Below are positions 1 to 8,241 of a stretch of DNA of 11,255 bases, one piece after another. The translations under genes and the position numbers were made by a program. This stretch comes from a virus (taxonomy: Duplodnaviria; Heunggongvirae; Uroviricota; Caudoviricetes). Under the pieces are notes generated by a model, which saw only the letters and a list, made by a program, of their open reading frames with translations, was not told the DNA's origin and ran no database searches. The stretch's first letter is position 1. Every line of letters starts with the position of its first letter. The stretch is from positions 1 to 11,255 of IMG/VR virus record IMGVR_UViG_2541047875_000011. One strand, 5' to 3'.

Positions 1-2208
1 CGTTACGGTCGTAACGTCACGAAGATGGATGCCTTTGGCTGTACCAGTCGGGGGCAGGCACACCGCGCCGGGCTGTGGCTGATTAAAACGGAGCTGCTGG
101 AAACGCAGACCGTGGACTTCAGCGTGGGTGCAGAAGGGCTTCGCCATGTACCGGGCGATGTCATTGAAATCTGCGATGATGACTATGCGGGGATCAGCAT
201 CGGCGGGCGCGTGCTGGCGGTGAACAGCCAGGCGCGGACACTGACGCTCGACCGTGAAATCACGCTGCCATCCTCCGGCACCACGCTGATAAGCCTGGTT
301 GACGGAAATGGCAATCCGGTCAGCGTGGAGGTCCAGTCCGTCACCGACGGCGTGAAGGTGAAAGTTAGCCGTGTTCCTGACGGCGTTGCCGGATACAGCG
401 TGTGGGGGCTGAAGCTGCCGACGCTGCGCCAGCGCCTGTTCCGCTGCGTGAGTATCCGTGAGAACGACGACGGCACGTATGCCATCACTGCCGTGCAGCA
501 TGTACCGGAAAAAGAAGCCATCGTGGATAACGGGGCGCACTTTGACGGCGACCAGAGCGGCACGGTGAATGGTGTCACGCCGCCAGCGGTGCAGCACCTG
601 ACCGCCGAAGTCACCGCAGACAGCGGGGAATATCAGGTGCTGGCGCGCTGGGACACGCCGAAGGTGGTGAAGGGCGTGAGCTTCCTGCTCCGTCTGACCG
701 TAACAGCGGATGACGGCAGTGAGCGGCTGGTCAGCACGGCCCGGACGACGGAAACCACATACCGATTCACGCAACTGGCGCTGGGGAACTACAGGCTGAC
801 AGTCCGGGCGGTAAATGCGTGGGGGCAGCAGGGCGATCCGGCGTCGGTATCGTTCCGGATTGCCGCACCGGCAGCACCGTCGAGGATTGAGCTGACGCCG
901 GGCTATTTTCAGATAACCGCCACGCCGCATCTTGCCGTTTATGACCCGACGGTACAGTTTGAGTTCTGGTTCTCGGAAAAGCGGATTACCGATATCAGGC
1001 AGGTTGAAACCACAGCCCGCTATCTTGGTACGGCGCTGTACTGGATAGCCGCCAGTATCAATATCAAACCGGGCCATGATTATTACTTTTATATCCGCAG
1101 TGTGAACACCGTTGGCAAATCGGCATTCGTGGAGGCTGTTGGTCAGCCGAGTGATGATCCATCCGGCTATCTGGATTTTTTCAAAGGAGAGATAGGGAAA
1201 ACCCATCTGGCTCAGGAGCTGTGGACGCAGATTGATAACAGTCAGCTTGCGCCTGACCTGGCTGAAATCAGGACGTCCATTACGGGTGTCAGCAATGAAA
1301 TCACGCAGACTGTCAATAAGACACTGGAAGACCAGAGTGCAGCGATCCAGCAGATACAGAAGGTTCAGGTTGATACCAGTAATGACCTGAACAGCATGTG
1401 GGCTGTGAAGCTGCAACAGATGAAGGACGGACGCCTTTATATCGCGGGTATTGGTGCCGGTATTGGGAACACCCCCGACGGCATGCAGAGTCAGGTGCTG
1501 CTGGCGGCAGACAGGATTGCGATGATTAATCCTGCAAATGGCAACACAAAGCCGATGTTTGTGGGGCAGGGCGATCAGATATTCATGAACGACGTGTTCC
1601 TGAAATATCTGACGGCTCCCACCATTACCAGTGGTGGTAATCCTCCGGCATTTTCCCTGACACCGGACGGGCGGCTGACGGCGAAAAATGCGGATATCAG
1701 CGGTAACGTGAACGCGAACTCCGGGACGCTCAACAATGTCACGATTAATCAGAACTGCCGGATTCTGGGAAAACTGTCAGCCAATCAGATTGAAGGCGAT
1801 CTCGTTAAAACAGTGGGCAAAGCTTTCCCGCGGGACTCCCGTGCACCGGAGCGGTGGCCATCAGGGACCATTACCGTCAGGATTTATGACGATCAGCCGT
1901 TTGACCGGCAGATTGTTATTCCGGCGGTGGCTTTCCGCGGTGCCAGACATGAGCGGGAGAATAGCGATACTTATTCGTCATGCCGTCTGATAGTGAAGAA
2001 AAACGGTGCTGAAATTTATAACCGAACGGCTCTGGATAATACGCTGATTTACACGGGTGTTATTGATATGCCTGCAGGCAGTGGCGTAATGACACTGGAG
2101 TTTTCTGTATCAGCATGGTGGGTAAATGGCTGGTATCCCACAGCGAGTATCAGCGATTTGCTGGTTGTTGTGATGAAGAAATCCACTGCAGGCATCACGA
2201 TTAGCTGA
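1..2208 (+). CDS. J: Tail tip / host specificity protein J, C-terminal ~735 codons; 5' end lies upstream of the window
   Basis: Frame 1 is open from base 1 (the track's Met at 25 is internal) to TGA at 2206-2208. Fibronectin-III-like segments (e.g. [22 protein letters not shown]) and a C-terminal region typical of lambda gpJ. Followed by a terminator, lom and stf in the lambda gene order. Confidence 0.88.
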   Translation, partial: RYGRNVTKMDAFGCTSRGQAHRAGLWLIKTELLETQTVDFSVGAEGLRHVPGDVIEICDDDYAGISIGGRVLAVNSQARTLTLDREITLPSSGTTLISLVDGNGNPVSVEVQSVTDGVKVKVSRVPDGVAGYSVWGLKLPTLRQRLFRCVSIRENDDGTYAITAVQHVPEKEAIVDNGAHFDGDQSGTVNGVTPPAVQHLTAEVTADSGEYQVLARWDTPKVVKGVSFLLRLTVTADDGSERLVSTARTTETTYRFTQLALGNYRLTVRAVNAWGQQGDPASVSFRIAAPAAPSRIELTPGYFQITATPHLAVYDPTVQFEFWFSEKRITDIRQVETTARYLGTALYWIAASINIKPGHDYYFYIRSVNTVGKSAFVEAVGQPSDDPSGYLDFFKGEIGKTHLAQELWTQIDNSQLAPDLAEIRTSITGVSNEITQTVNKTLEDQSAAIQQIQKVQVDTSNDLNSMWAVKLQQMKDGRLYIAGIGAGIGNTPDGMQSQVLLAADRIAMINPANGNTKPMFVGQGDQIFMNDVFLKYLTAPTITSGGNPPAFSLTPDGRLTAKNADISGNVNANSGTLNNVTINQNCRILGKLSANQIEGDLVKTVGKAFPRDSRAPERWPSGTITVRIYDDQPFDRQIVIPAVAFRGARHERENSDTYSSCRLIVKKNGAEIYNRTALDNTLIYTGVIDMPAGSGVMTLEFSVSAWWVNGWYPTASISDLLVVVMKKSTAGITIS

Positions 2209-2227
2209 ATTTTATAACCCAGATACG

Positions 2228-2251
2228 GGCGCCAGAAATGGCGCCTTTTTT
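2228..2251 (+). terminator. Rho-independent terminator downstream of J
   Basis: Perfect 6-bp stem GGCGCC (2228-2233) / GGCGCC (2240-2245), loop AGAAAT, followed by TTTTTT (2246-2251). Confidence 0.8.
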
Positions 2252-2275
2252 ATTACAGAAAAGCGAGAGGTAATT

Positions 2276-2875
2276 ATGCGTAAAGTTTGTGCCGCCATTT
2301 TGTCCGCTGCCATCTGTCTGGTCGTATCCGGTGCGCCTGCATGGGCGTCTGAGCAGCAGGCCACACTGAGTGCAGGGTATCTTCATGCCCGGACGAACGC
2401 TCCCGGCAGCGATAATCTGAACGGGATTAACGTGAAATACCGTTATGAGTTTACGGACACGCTGGGGCTGATTACGTCCTTCAGTTATGCCAGTGCCGAA
2501 GATGAGCGAAAAACGCACTACAGCGATACCCGCTGGCATGAAGATTCCGTGCGTAACCGCTGGTTCAGCGTGATGGCGGGGCCGTCTGTGCGCGTGAATG
2601 AATGGTTCAGCGCGTATGCGATGGCGGGTATGGCTTACAGCCGGGTGTCGACTTTTTCCGGGGATTATCTCCGCGTAGCTGACAACACGGGGAAAACGCA
2701 CGATGTGCTGACCGGAAGTGCTGACGGTCGCCACAGCAACACGTCTCTGGCGTGGGGCGCTGGCGTGCAGTTTAACCCGACCGAATCCGTGGCCATTGAT
2801 GTCGCTTATGAAGGTTCCGGCAGTGGCGACTGGCGTACTGACGGTTTCATCGTGGGTGTTGGTTATAAATTCTGA
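2276..2875 (+). CDS. lom: Lom outer-membrane protein (Ail/Lom family 8-strand beta-barrel); lysogen-expressed moron
   Basis: 199-aa ORF with signal peptide MRKVCAAILSAAICLVVSGAPAWA and C-terminal ...DGFIVGVGYKF. Near-identical along most of its length to lambda Lom as I recall it. SD GAGAGG lies 7 nt upstream of ATG 2276. Confidence 0.93.
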   Translation: MRKVCAAILSAAICLVVSGAPAWASEQQATLSAGYLHARTNAPGSDNLNGINVKYRYEFTDTLGLITSFSYASAEDERKTHYSDTRWHEDSVRNRWFSVMAGPSVRVNEWFSAYAMAGMAYSRVSTFSGDYLRVADNTGKTHDVLTGSADGRHSNTSLAWGAGVQFNPTESVAIDVAYEGSGSGDWRTDGFIVGVGYKF

Positions 2876-2896
2876 TTGTTAACACAGCTTTACGAC

Positions 2897-2924
2897 AGCC
2901 CGCCGGTTCAGGCGGGCTTTTTTG
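2897..2924 (+). terminator. Rho-independent terminator downstream of lom
   Basis: Stem AGCCCGCC (2897-2904) / GGCGGGCT (2911-2918), loop GGTTCA, followed by TTTTTT (2919-2924). Confidence 0.8.
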
Positions 2925-2934
2925 TGGGGTGAAT

Positions 2935-5289
2935 ATGGCAGTAAAGATTTCAGGTGTACTGAAAGATGGTGCAGGTAAGCCGGTACAAAACTGCACTATT
3001 CAACTGAAAGCCAGACGTAACAGCACCACGGTGGTGGTGAACACGGTGGCCTCAGAAAATCCGGATGAAGCAGGTCGTTACAGCATGGATGTTGAGTACG
3101 GTCAGTACAGCGTCAGTCTGTTGGTGGAGGGGTTCCCGCCGTCACATGCCGGGACCATCACCGTCTATGAAGATTCCCGACCCGGTACGCTGAATGATTT
3201 TCTCGGTGCCATGACGGAGGATGATGCCCGTCCGGAGGCACTGCGGCGTTTTGAACTGATGGTGGAAGAAGCGGCACGTAACGCTGAAGCCGCCTCTAAG
3301 AGCGCAGCGGCGGCAAAGAAATCCGAAACTGCAGCGGCATCATCGAAGAACGCGGCGAAAACCTCAGAAACGAATGCAGCTAATAGTGCACAGGCGGCAG
3401 CGACCTCACAGACTGCATCAGCAAACTCCGCGACAGCAGCCAAAAAATCAGAAACCAACGCGAAAAACAGCGAGACAGCCGCAAAGACGAGTGAAACTAA
3501 CGCAAAGTCCAGCCAGACGGCAGCGAAGACCAGCGAAACGAATGCCAAAGCCAGTGAAACTGCGGCGAAAAGCAGTCAGGATGCAGCAGCCGAAAGCGAG
3601 AGTGCTGCAGCCGGTTCTGCGACTTCAGCAGCTGGATCAGCAACTGCTGCGGCTAACAGCCAGAAAGCCGCGAAGACGAGCGAAACTAACGCAAAGTCCA
3701 GCCAGACGGCAGCGAAGACCAGCGAAACGAATGCCAAAGCCAGCGAAACTGCGGCGAAAAACAGTCAGGATGCAGCAGCCCAAAGCGAGAGTGCCGCAGC
3801 TGGTTCTGCAACAGCGGCAGCTAATAGCCAAAAAGCTGCAAAAACCAGTGAAACTAACGCAAAGACGAGTGAAACAAAAGCAGCAGCCAGCGAGACAGAA
3901 GCAACGTCAGCCGCAACAAGAGCAGAGAATGCAGCCCGGATTGCAGAAGATGCCGCTGATCCTGCTTCTGTCCCTCCGCTTCCTGATATCTGGCTACCCT
4001 TGAATGATTCTCTGGAAGCGATAACAGGGTATGCCCCGGGCTATAAAACAATAACCATCGGCAGTGATGAAATAACAATGCCTGTTAATGGCATATGCCA
4101 ATTTAGCCGGGCTTCATCTGCAACGTATATTGATAAGTCCGGGCATATTACCGTGGCAGGGAATAACGTTCCTCGTTTTGAAAAATATGGTTTGCTGATA
4201 GAGAATCAGCGAACAAACATGTTCGTAAATAGTTTTAATCCTGATGCCTGGAATAAAAGCGGTGGTATATCTGTAACATCATCAACAGATGAATTTGAGT
4301 TTAAATATGGACGTTTCACGGTAGGAAGCGATATAGCAGGAACGACAACAGGGCGAAATATATGCACAGTTGCTGGTAACAAAGGCATAGATGTGACTGG
4401 CGATGATCAGTACAGTAAAGGTCCGTATGTTACCGCGTCGTTCAGGGTAAGAAGTGATCTCAATGTTCGCGCACGTATCCGTTTTGAACGGTATAACTCG
4501 GAAGGATACACCTTCCTTTGCGACGCCTATTTGTCATTACAGACCCATGAACTACAAATTACTGGTGGCAATGCCCAGCTATTAACAGCAAACTTTGAAA
4601 TCGATCCAGGTAGTGGATGGATATATTTTCAGGCAACACTGAAATGTCTGCCAGAATGGGGAATGGTTGGTACGCAGCTGCAAATTGCAGCCGACAGAGC
4701 AGTGGGGGCTTTTGCAACAGGTGACTGGATAGAAGTAACCACCCCGCAATTCGAGTATGGTGCCTGTGCAACTTCCTTTATCATAACGACAACAGAGCCA
4801 GCGACTCGTGCATCAGATTTATGTAAATTTCCGCTGATGAAAAATATGTATACCATGCCTTTTACGTTCATGGTGGAAGTCCATAAAAACTGGTTTATTT
4901 CTCATAATGCTGCACCGCGTGTCATTGATTCAGAAAATCACCAGTCCGGAGGCCCATTTATTATGGGGTTTGGTTCTTCTGGAACTATCAGTCAGGATGG
5001 TTATTCGTATTGCGATATAGGCGGGGCTAACCGGCGTGTATATGAGTCATGCGGAGTAAGAGATCTCGTTATGGGATTCAGGGTTAAGGCTGACGGCATG
5101 ACATGCTCATTTGCAAATAAGAATATAAGCACTGAAACCAAAACAGTATGGAAATATATTCGTGAAGCAGCCGTGATTCGTATCGGGGGGCAAACGACGA
5201 CAGGATTACGACACCTTAATGGTCATATAAAAAACCTCCGTTTCTGGAACAGAGCATTGTCAGATACGCAGATTAAGGAATACGTATAA
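2935..5289 (+). CDS. stf: Side tail fibre protein, mosaic: lambda Stf-like N-terminal anchor, Ala/Ser/Thr/Lys repeat shaft, and a divergent low-GC C-terminal module ending in a LamG/ConA-like motif
   Basis: The track ORF starts at GTG 2929, but ATG 2935 gives MAVKISGVLKDGAGKPVQNCTIQLKA, matching the lambda/Rac Stf N-terminus, with SD GGGGTG upstream. The middle has KTSETNAKSSQTAAK-type repeats as in StfR. After ~3955 the sequence is unrelated and AT-richer, ending ...LNGHIKNLRFWNRALSDTQIKEYV, which resembles the last strand of LamG-type jelly-roll domains. Stop TAA at 5287-5289. Confidence 0.85.
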   Translation: MAVKISGVLKDGAGKPVQNCTIQLKARRNSTTVVVNTVASENPDEAGRYSMDVEYGQYSVSLLVEGFPPSHAGTITVYEDSRPGTLNDFLGAMTEDDARPEALRRFELMVEEAARNAEAASKSAAAAKKSETAAASSKNAAKTSETNAANSAQAAATSQTASANSATAAKKSETNAKNSETAAKTSETNAKSSQTAAKTSETNAKASETAAKSSQDAAAESESAAAGSATSAAGSATAAANSQKAAKTSETNAKSSQTAAKTSETNAKASETAAKNSQDAAAQSESAAAGSATAAANSQKAAKTSETNAKTSETKAAASETEATSAATRAENAARIAEDAADPASVPPLPDIWLPLNDSLEAITGYAPGYKTITIGSDEITMPVNGICQFSRASSATYIDKSGHITVAGNNVPRFEKYGLLIENQRTNMFVNSFNPDAWNKSGGISVTSSTDEFEFKYGRFTVGSDIAGTTTGRNICTVAGNKGIDVTGDDQYSKGPYVTASFRVRSDLNVRARIRFERYNSEGYTFLCDAYLSLQTHELQITGGNAQLLTANFEIDPGSGWIYFQATLKCLPEWGMVGTQLQIAADRAVGAFATGDWIEVTTPQFEYGACATSFIITTTEPATRASDLCKFPLMKNMYTMPFTFMVEVHKNWFISHNAAPRVIDSENHQSGGPFIMGFGSSGTISQDGYSYCDIGGANRRVYESCGVRDLVMGFRVKADGMTCSFANKNISTETKTVWKYIREAAVIRIGGQTTTGLRHLNGHIKNLRFWNRALSDTQIKEYV
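3478..3865 (+). repeat. Tandem direct repeat (~189 bp and ~168 bp units, about 2 copies plus degenerate shorter units) inside the stf shaft region
   Basis: The string GAAACTAACGCAAAGTCCAGCCAGACGGCAGCGAAGACCAGCGAAACGAATGCCAAAGCCAG occurs near 3493 and again near 3682 with few mismatches; copy 2 lacks a 21-nt segment. Degenerate 15-18-nt units (AAxACxAGxGAAAC) extend over about 3290-3900. Confidence 0.8.
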
Positions 5290-5558
5290 TGCGGGATATA
5301 ACATTACGATTCGATAACAGAGAACAGTTTAACGCAATTGTATATGACAGTGGCCTGTTCAGTCTTGAAGAAGAAAATGGGATTCTTGTTGATGTTATTG
5401 GCGGCATTATTGATTACGAGGAGCCAGAAAACGAAAGATGTACAGGCATTGATCGCGGTGGTTTTTTCGTAAACATGAGGATTGTTGATGGCAGTAAAAA
5501 CATATCTTCTTTAATGCCTTTCATTACGACAGATCAGCATGTAAGGACATGGGCTTAA
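5289..5558 (+). CDS. Small acidic hypothetical protein (89 aa), translationally coupled to stf; possible fibre-associated chaperone or accessory protein
   Basis: ATG 5289-5291 overlaps the stf stop as TAATG. SD-like AAGGAA at 5275-5280. Low-GC and acidic (many D/E). Function is inferred from position only. Confidence 0.5.
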   Translation: MRDITLRFDNREQFNAIVYDSGLFSLEEENGILVDVIGGIIDYEEPENERCTGIDRGGFFVNMRIVDGSKNISSLMPFITTDQHVRTWA

Positions 5559-5684
5559 TGGAGCTTGCTTGTTCAGGTAGCCAGAGAATCAGACGACAGA
5601 ATAACAGCACTGGAAGAAGAAAACGCAGAATTAAGACAAAGATTATCTGCAATTGAGGCGGCGCTTGCGTCTGAATAATATTAA

Positions 5685-5707
5685 GGGGCCGAGCGCCCCG
5701 TTTTATT
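5685..5707 (+). terminator. Candidate rho-independent terminator
   Basis: Stem GGGGC (5685-5689) / GCCCC (5695-5699), loop CGAGC, then GTTTTATT. Confidence 0.55.
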
Positions 5708-5720
5708 GGGTAGGATGAAA

Positions 5721-6014
5721 ATGGATATAACACCTTTCCTTCATGCACTTTGTGCTGTGGCTGCGCAGGTACTGATTGGCCTTTTTACCGGAAACTGGGT
5801 TTACGGTGCGATAGCTGGTTGTACGTTCTTCATTGCGCGGGAACACACCCAGGCAGAATATCGCTGGATTGAAATGTTCGGGCATGGCAAGCGAATGAAT
5901 ATGCCGTGGTGGGGCGGTTTTGATCCGCGTGCTTGGGATGTGGCAAGCCTGATGGATTTTGCTGTGCCGGTGGTGGCGTGTCTGCTGGTCTGGCTGTTGG
6001 TTAATCGTGGGTGA
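5721..6014 (+). CDS. Hypothetical small membrane protein (~97 aa, two predicted transmembrane helices); moron-like
   Basis: ATG 5721 with AGGA 5 nt upstream (the track extends it to TTG 5706). Two hydrophobic stretches, FLHALCAVAAQVLIGLFTGNWVYGAIAGCTFFIA and SLMDFAVPVVACLLVWLLV. Preceded by a terminator and a possible sigma70 promoter (TTGAGG 5653-5658, 17-bp spacer, TAATAT 5676-5681). Confidence 0.55.
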   Translation: MDITPFLHALCAVAAQVLIGLFTGNWVYGAIAGCTFFIAREHTQAEYRWIEMFGHGKRMNMPWWGGFDPRAWDVASLMDFAVPVVACLLVWLLVNRG

Positions 6015-6024
6015 AAAAAGGTGA

Positions 6025-6146
6025 GCTGTATATGCAACGGAGGAAGAAACCCCGTTGCTGGCGGCATGGAAGAAGTATCGGGTGCTGCTCAACCGAACTA
6101 TACATCAGTAGCTCCGGACATTGAGTGGCCTGTACAACCGGAATAA
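6025..6146 (+). pseudogene. tfa: Remnant of the 3' end of a tail fibre assembly gene (tfa), frameshifted; N-terminal ~150 codons absent
   Basis: Frame 1 (6025-6111) reads AVYATEEETPLLAAWKKYRVLLNRTIHQ*, matching the conserved lambda Tfa C-terminal motif ...EETSLLEAWKKYRVLLNRVD. Frame 3 (6093-6146) then reads PNYTSVAPDIEWPVQPE*, matching Tfa ...TSTAPDIEWPAVPVME*. A 1-nt frame change lies near 6096-6099. No upstream tfa reading frame exists. Confidence 0.65.
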
Positions 6147-6168
6147 ATATCAGGAGGAGTAATTAATC

Positions 6169-7304
6169 GTGTCGACTCTGATTTCCGGCGTATTAAAAGA
6201 TGGTGCAGGTATACCGCTGGCTGCCAGATTATCCTGAAATCCCGTGTAAACACCTCAGATGTGGTGATGTCTGTTGTTGCGCATATTGTAACCGGGCAAA
6301 ACGGGGAATATGCGTTTGAGGCCCGGACGGGGAAGTACAGCGTTTATCTGAAGACTGACTGGCGTAATGAGTTTCAGGTTGGTGTTATTTCTGTTTATGA
6401 GGACTCACAACCGGGCACACTGAACGACTTCCTGATAGCAGTGAGTGATGCTGATTTGAAGCCGGACGTTCTGCGGCGGTTCGATGAGCTGGCGAGGCGT
6501 GTCCATGAAGACGCGAACAGCGCAGAACAGTTTGCCGGAGATGCCCGTCGTGCTGTGGATGAACTGGGCGGTAAGGTTCAGGACGATATTCGTGACCGTA
6601 CACCGGACCGTCTGGCTCTGCCCGGTGCTTACGGCTTCGGCGGAATATTCAGCCGCTCGGAAGCTCTGTCGTTTCAGGGGGTATCTGATTTTGGTGCGTG
6701 GCTACAGAAAGCCACGCCGGGGCGTTATCCGGTCACTGTTGCGGATTCTTCTGCATTGCTGTTGGGCACCACGAAATTTAACGGCAACATTGATGTGCTG
6801 TGGTCACCCTTTGATAACGACGGGTCGGACACAGCGCACAAATTCAAAACGCTGTTGTGTTACAACGAGCCACGTGCCGGAGAGCACGGGCTACACCTGC
6901 TCCAGTACTGGTACGAGGGCGACAACCTGCGGGTTGCGGGCAGTATGATAGTCTGCGACGCTCCGTCGCTGGCGACACTGCTGTCAGCAACAGCGGGAGC
7001 GGACCCGTCAGGGTTCTACCGTTATCCGGCGGTGGGTTCCCTGTTGCTGGCAGCGTACCACGGGGCATCTGCCGGTGCTGGCGGGGTGAGTATTGCAACA
7101 GGCGACGTTGTTCCGGGCTCCTGTCTGGGGCCGGTGAGTATTCCGTGCGCGGTGAACGAAGGCGGCACAACTCCGTCGCCGCTGCGGGCGTTTGTTGGTG
7201 GTGCCGGACAGTACAATTTCCCCGGACGTTACCAGGCGTTATCCGGTGCAAATAATGTCCGTGGAAACAATGGGTTTATCTGTCTGTTTGTGCGCGTTGA
7301 GTAG
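6169..7304 (+). pseudogene. Second side tail fibre gene with a frameshift in the N-terminal anchor region; likely decayed, or expressed from an internal start
   Basis: SD AGGAGG (6152-6157). A GTG at 6169 opens frame 1, giving VSTLISGVLKDGAGIPLA and then a stop at 6235-6237; this parallels Stf MAVKISGVLKDGAGKPV. Frame 3 continues ...CQIILKSRVNTSDVV... (parallel to CTIQLKARRNSTTVV) through to TAG at 7302-7304. It also contains a shared VYEDSQPGTLNDFL motif. The frame change is near 6219-6225, with no homopolymer or slippery heptamer. Confidence 0.6.
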
Positions 7305-7311
7305 GTGAGAA

Positions 7312-7905
7312 ATGAACGCAGTAAAAGATATTCGCAATCCGGTGCATCTCGGAAACGGCGCGGTTGACTGTGAGGTGCTGTTTGAGGGGCGCAGCGAGTA
7401 CGTTGTTTATACGGCTGCGCCGGGCGACGCAGCCCCGACAGGTCAGCGTATCTGGCAGGAACTACAGAGCGGCAAATGGGGCGAAATTGCCCCGTTCACG
7501 GCCACGCCGGAACTGATAGCGGCGGCGAAGGATGCAAAACGTCAGGAAATTGAGGTGTGGCGTACCGAACAGGAAGCGCAGTCGTTCACGTTTGAGTGGA
7601 ACGGTCGAACCTGGAACGCGGGGCCGTCCTCACTGGCCCGGCTCACGCCTGCGATTACGGCGGCGGAATACGCCGGCGAGCAGGCTGTTACCTGGAGCGA
7701 TACAACCAACGAGCCGGTAAACCTGACAGTGCAGGAACTGAAATCGCTGGCCGTCGCACTGGCTCAGGCACTCTCTGAGCGGAACAACGCGATTTATCGT
7801 CGCCAGCGGGAGATGAAGGATACGTTAAACACCCTGGAGAATCTGGCAGAGGTGCAGGCGTTTAAGGTTGGAGAACAATCTATATTGGGGGTAAGCCGTA
7901 TTTAG
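7312..7905 (+). CDS. Hypothetical protein (197 aa) immediately downstream of the second fibre gene; possible fibre assembly or chaperone-like protein, family not confidently recognised
   Basis: ATG 7312 with SD GGTGAG 4-5 nt upstream. Its C-terminus lacks the Tfa LL.EAW..YRVLLNRVD motif, so it is not a classical Tfa. The assignment is positional. Confidence 0.45.
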   Translation: MNAVKDIRNPVHLGNGAVDCEVLFEGRSEYVVYTAAPGDAAPTGQRIWQELQSGKWGEIAPFTATPELIAAAKDAKRQEIEVWRTEQEAQSFTFEWNGRTWNAGPSSLARLTPAITAAEYAGEQAVTWSDTTNEPVNLTVQELKSLAVALAQALSERNNAIYRRQREMKDTLNTLENLAEVQAFKVGEQSILGVSRI

Positions 7906-8209
7906 CTCTTGCGCGGTTACACGCCTCATTGACGACGCCGTTCTCGCCAGACATGGCGAATTCTCTGCATGTGGATGATCGATTTTCATATATCGTGCAG
8001 CAGGCATTTTTGCCCGGAGTTCCAGCAAGGGCAACACATCTGGGGTTTTTCTGGTTTGTACCGATCATGCATCGGTGAAAAGGCGATACTTGTTCAGTAA
8101 GTCTGGCGGGAATGGTGCCGCCGGCATCGTCGGCTTCGGCCCAGTAAAAAGAGACGCGGAAAAATGCACAACAGGCGCCACACGTCATGCATGGATTCAG
8201 ATTGCTCAT
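7880..8209 (-). CDS. YkgJ-family Cys-cluster protein (CxxCxxCC putative zinc/iron-chelating domain), 109 aa
   Basis: N-terminus [21 protein letters not shown] contains C-x2-C-x2-CC, plus further C-terminal cysteines. Its 3' end overlaps the convergent ORF 7312-7905 by 26 bp. Confidence 0.65.
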   Translation of the reverse strand: MSNLNPCMTCGACCAFFRVSFYWAEADDAGGTIPARLTEQVSPFHRCMIGTNQKNPRCVALAGTPGKNACCTIYENRSSTCREFAMSGENGVVNEACNRARAKYGLPPI

Positions 8210-8241
8210 AATTCACCAGTACAGCTATAAATCATAAAGAA

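Noticed and set aside
183-614. Minus-strand 143-aa ORF inside J
   Set aside because: It lies entirely within the well-supported J frame; the high-GC antisense frame is open by chance and has no RBS or recognisable protein features.
2201-2734. Minus-strand 177-aa ORF overlapping lom
   Set aside because: Antisense shadow of lom. Lom has a clear signal peptide, an SD and flanking terminators, and the antisense product is Arg/His/Pro-rich junk.
3290-3900. Possible CRISPR array, suggested by the repeated units
   Set aside because: The repeats are contiguous coding repeats with no unique spacers, lie in frame within a tail fibre gene, and there are no cas genes.
3165-4078. Several ORFs on both strands (3165-3548 -, 3374-4003 +, 3637-3831 -, 3854-4078 -) within the stf repeat region
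   Set aside because: They are artefacts of the low-complexity codon-repeat DNA; their products are extreme low-complexity (poly-Ala/Leu or Arg/Gln/Lys-rich) and all overlap the in-frame stf reading frame.
3955-5289. Diversity-generating retroelement target, suggested by the lectin-like C-terminal fibre domain
   Set aside because: There is no reverse transcriptase gene and no template-repeat copy of the C-terminal coding segment anywhere in the window.
5558-5656. ATG at 5558 opening a 32-codon frame-2 peptide (MELACSGSQRIRRQNNSTGRRKRR...)
   Set aside because: Highly basic low-complexity product; the frame-3 continuation with coiled-coil character is the more plausible reading of this DNA.
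5703-6092. Minus-strand ORFs 5703-6092 and 5801-6067 opposite the membrane-protein gene
   Set aside because: Their products are His/Pro/Arg-rich with no hydrophobic core or RBS. The plus-strand ORF has an SD, an upstream terminator and two clean transmembrane segments.
6219-6237. Programmed ribosomal frameshift in the second fibre gene
   Set aside because: There is no slippery heptamer or downstream structure at the frame junction, and a second independent frame lesion lies in the adjacent tfa remnant, so mutational decay or sequence error is more likely.
6385-7255. Multiple overlapping ORFs on both strands inside the second fibre gene (6385-6603 -, 6484-6948 +, 6844-7251 -, 6857-7255 +, 7022-7216 -)
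   Set aside because: High-GC out-of-frame shadows with Arg/Pro/Cys-rich products; the frame-3 fibre ORF shows homology to Stf.
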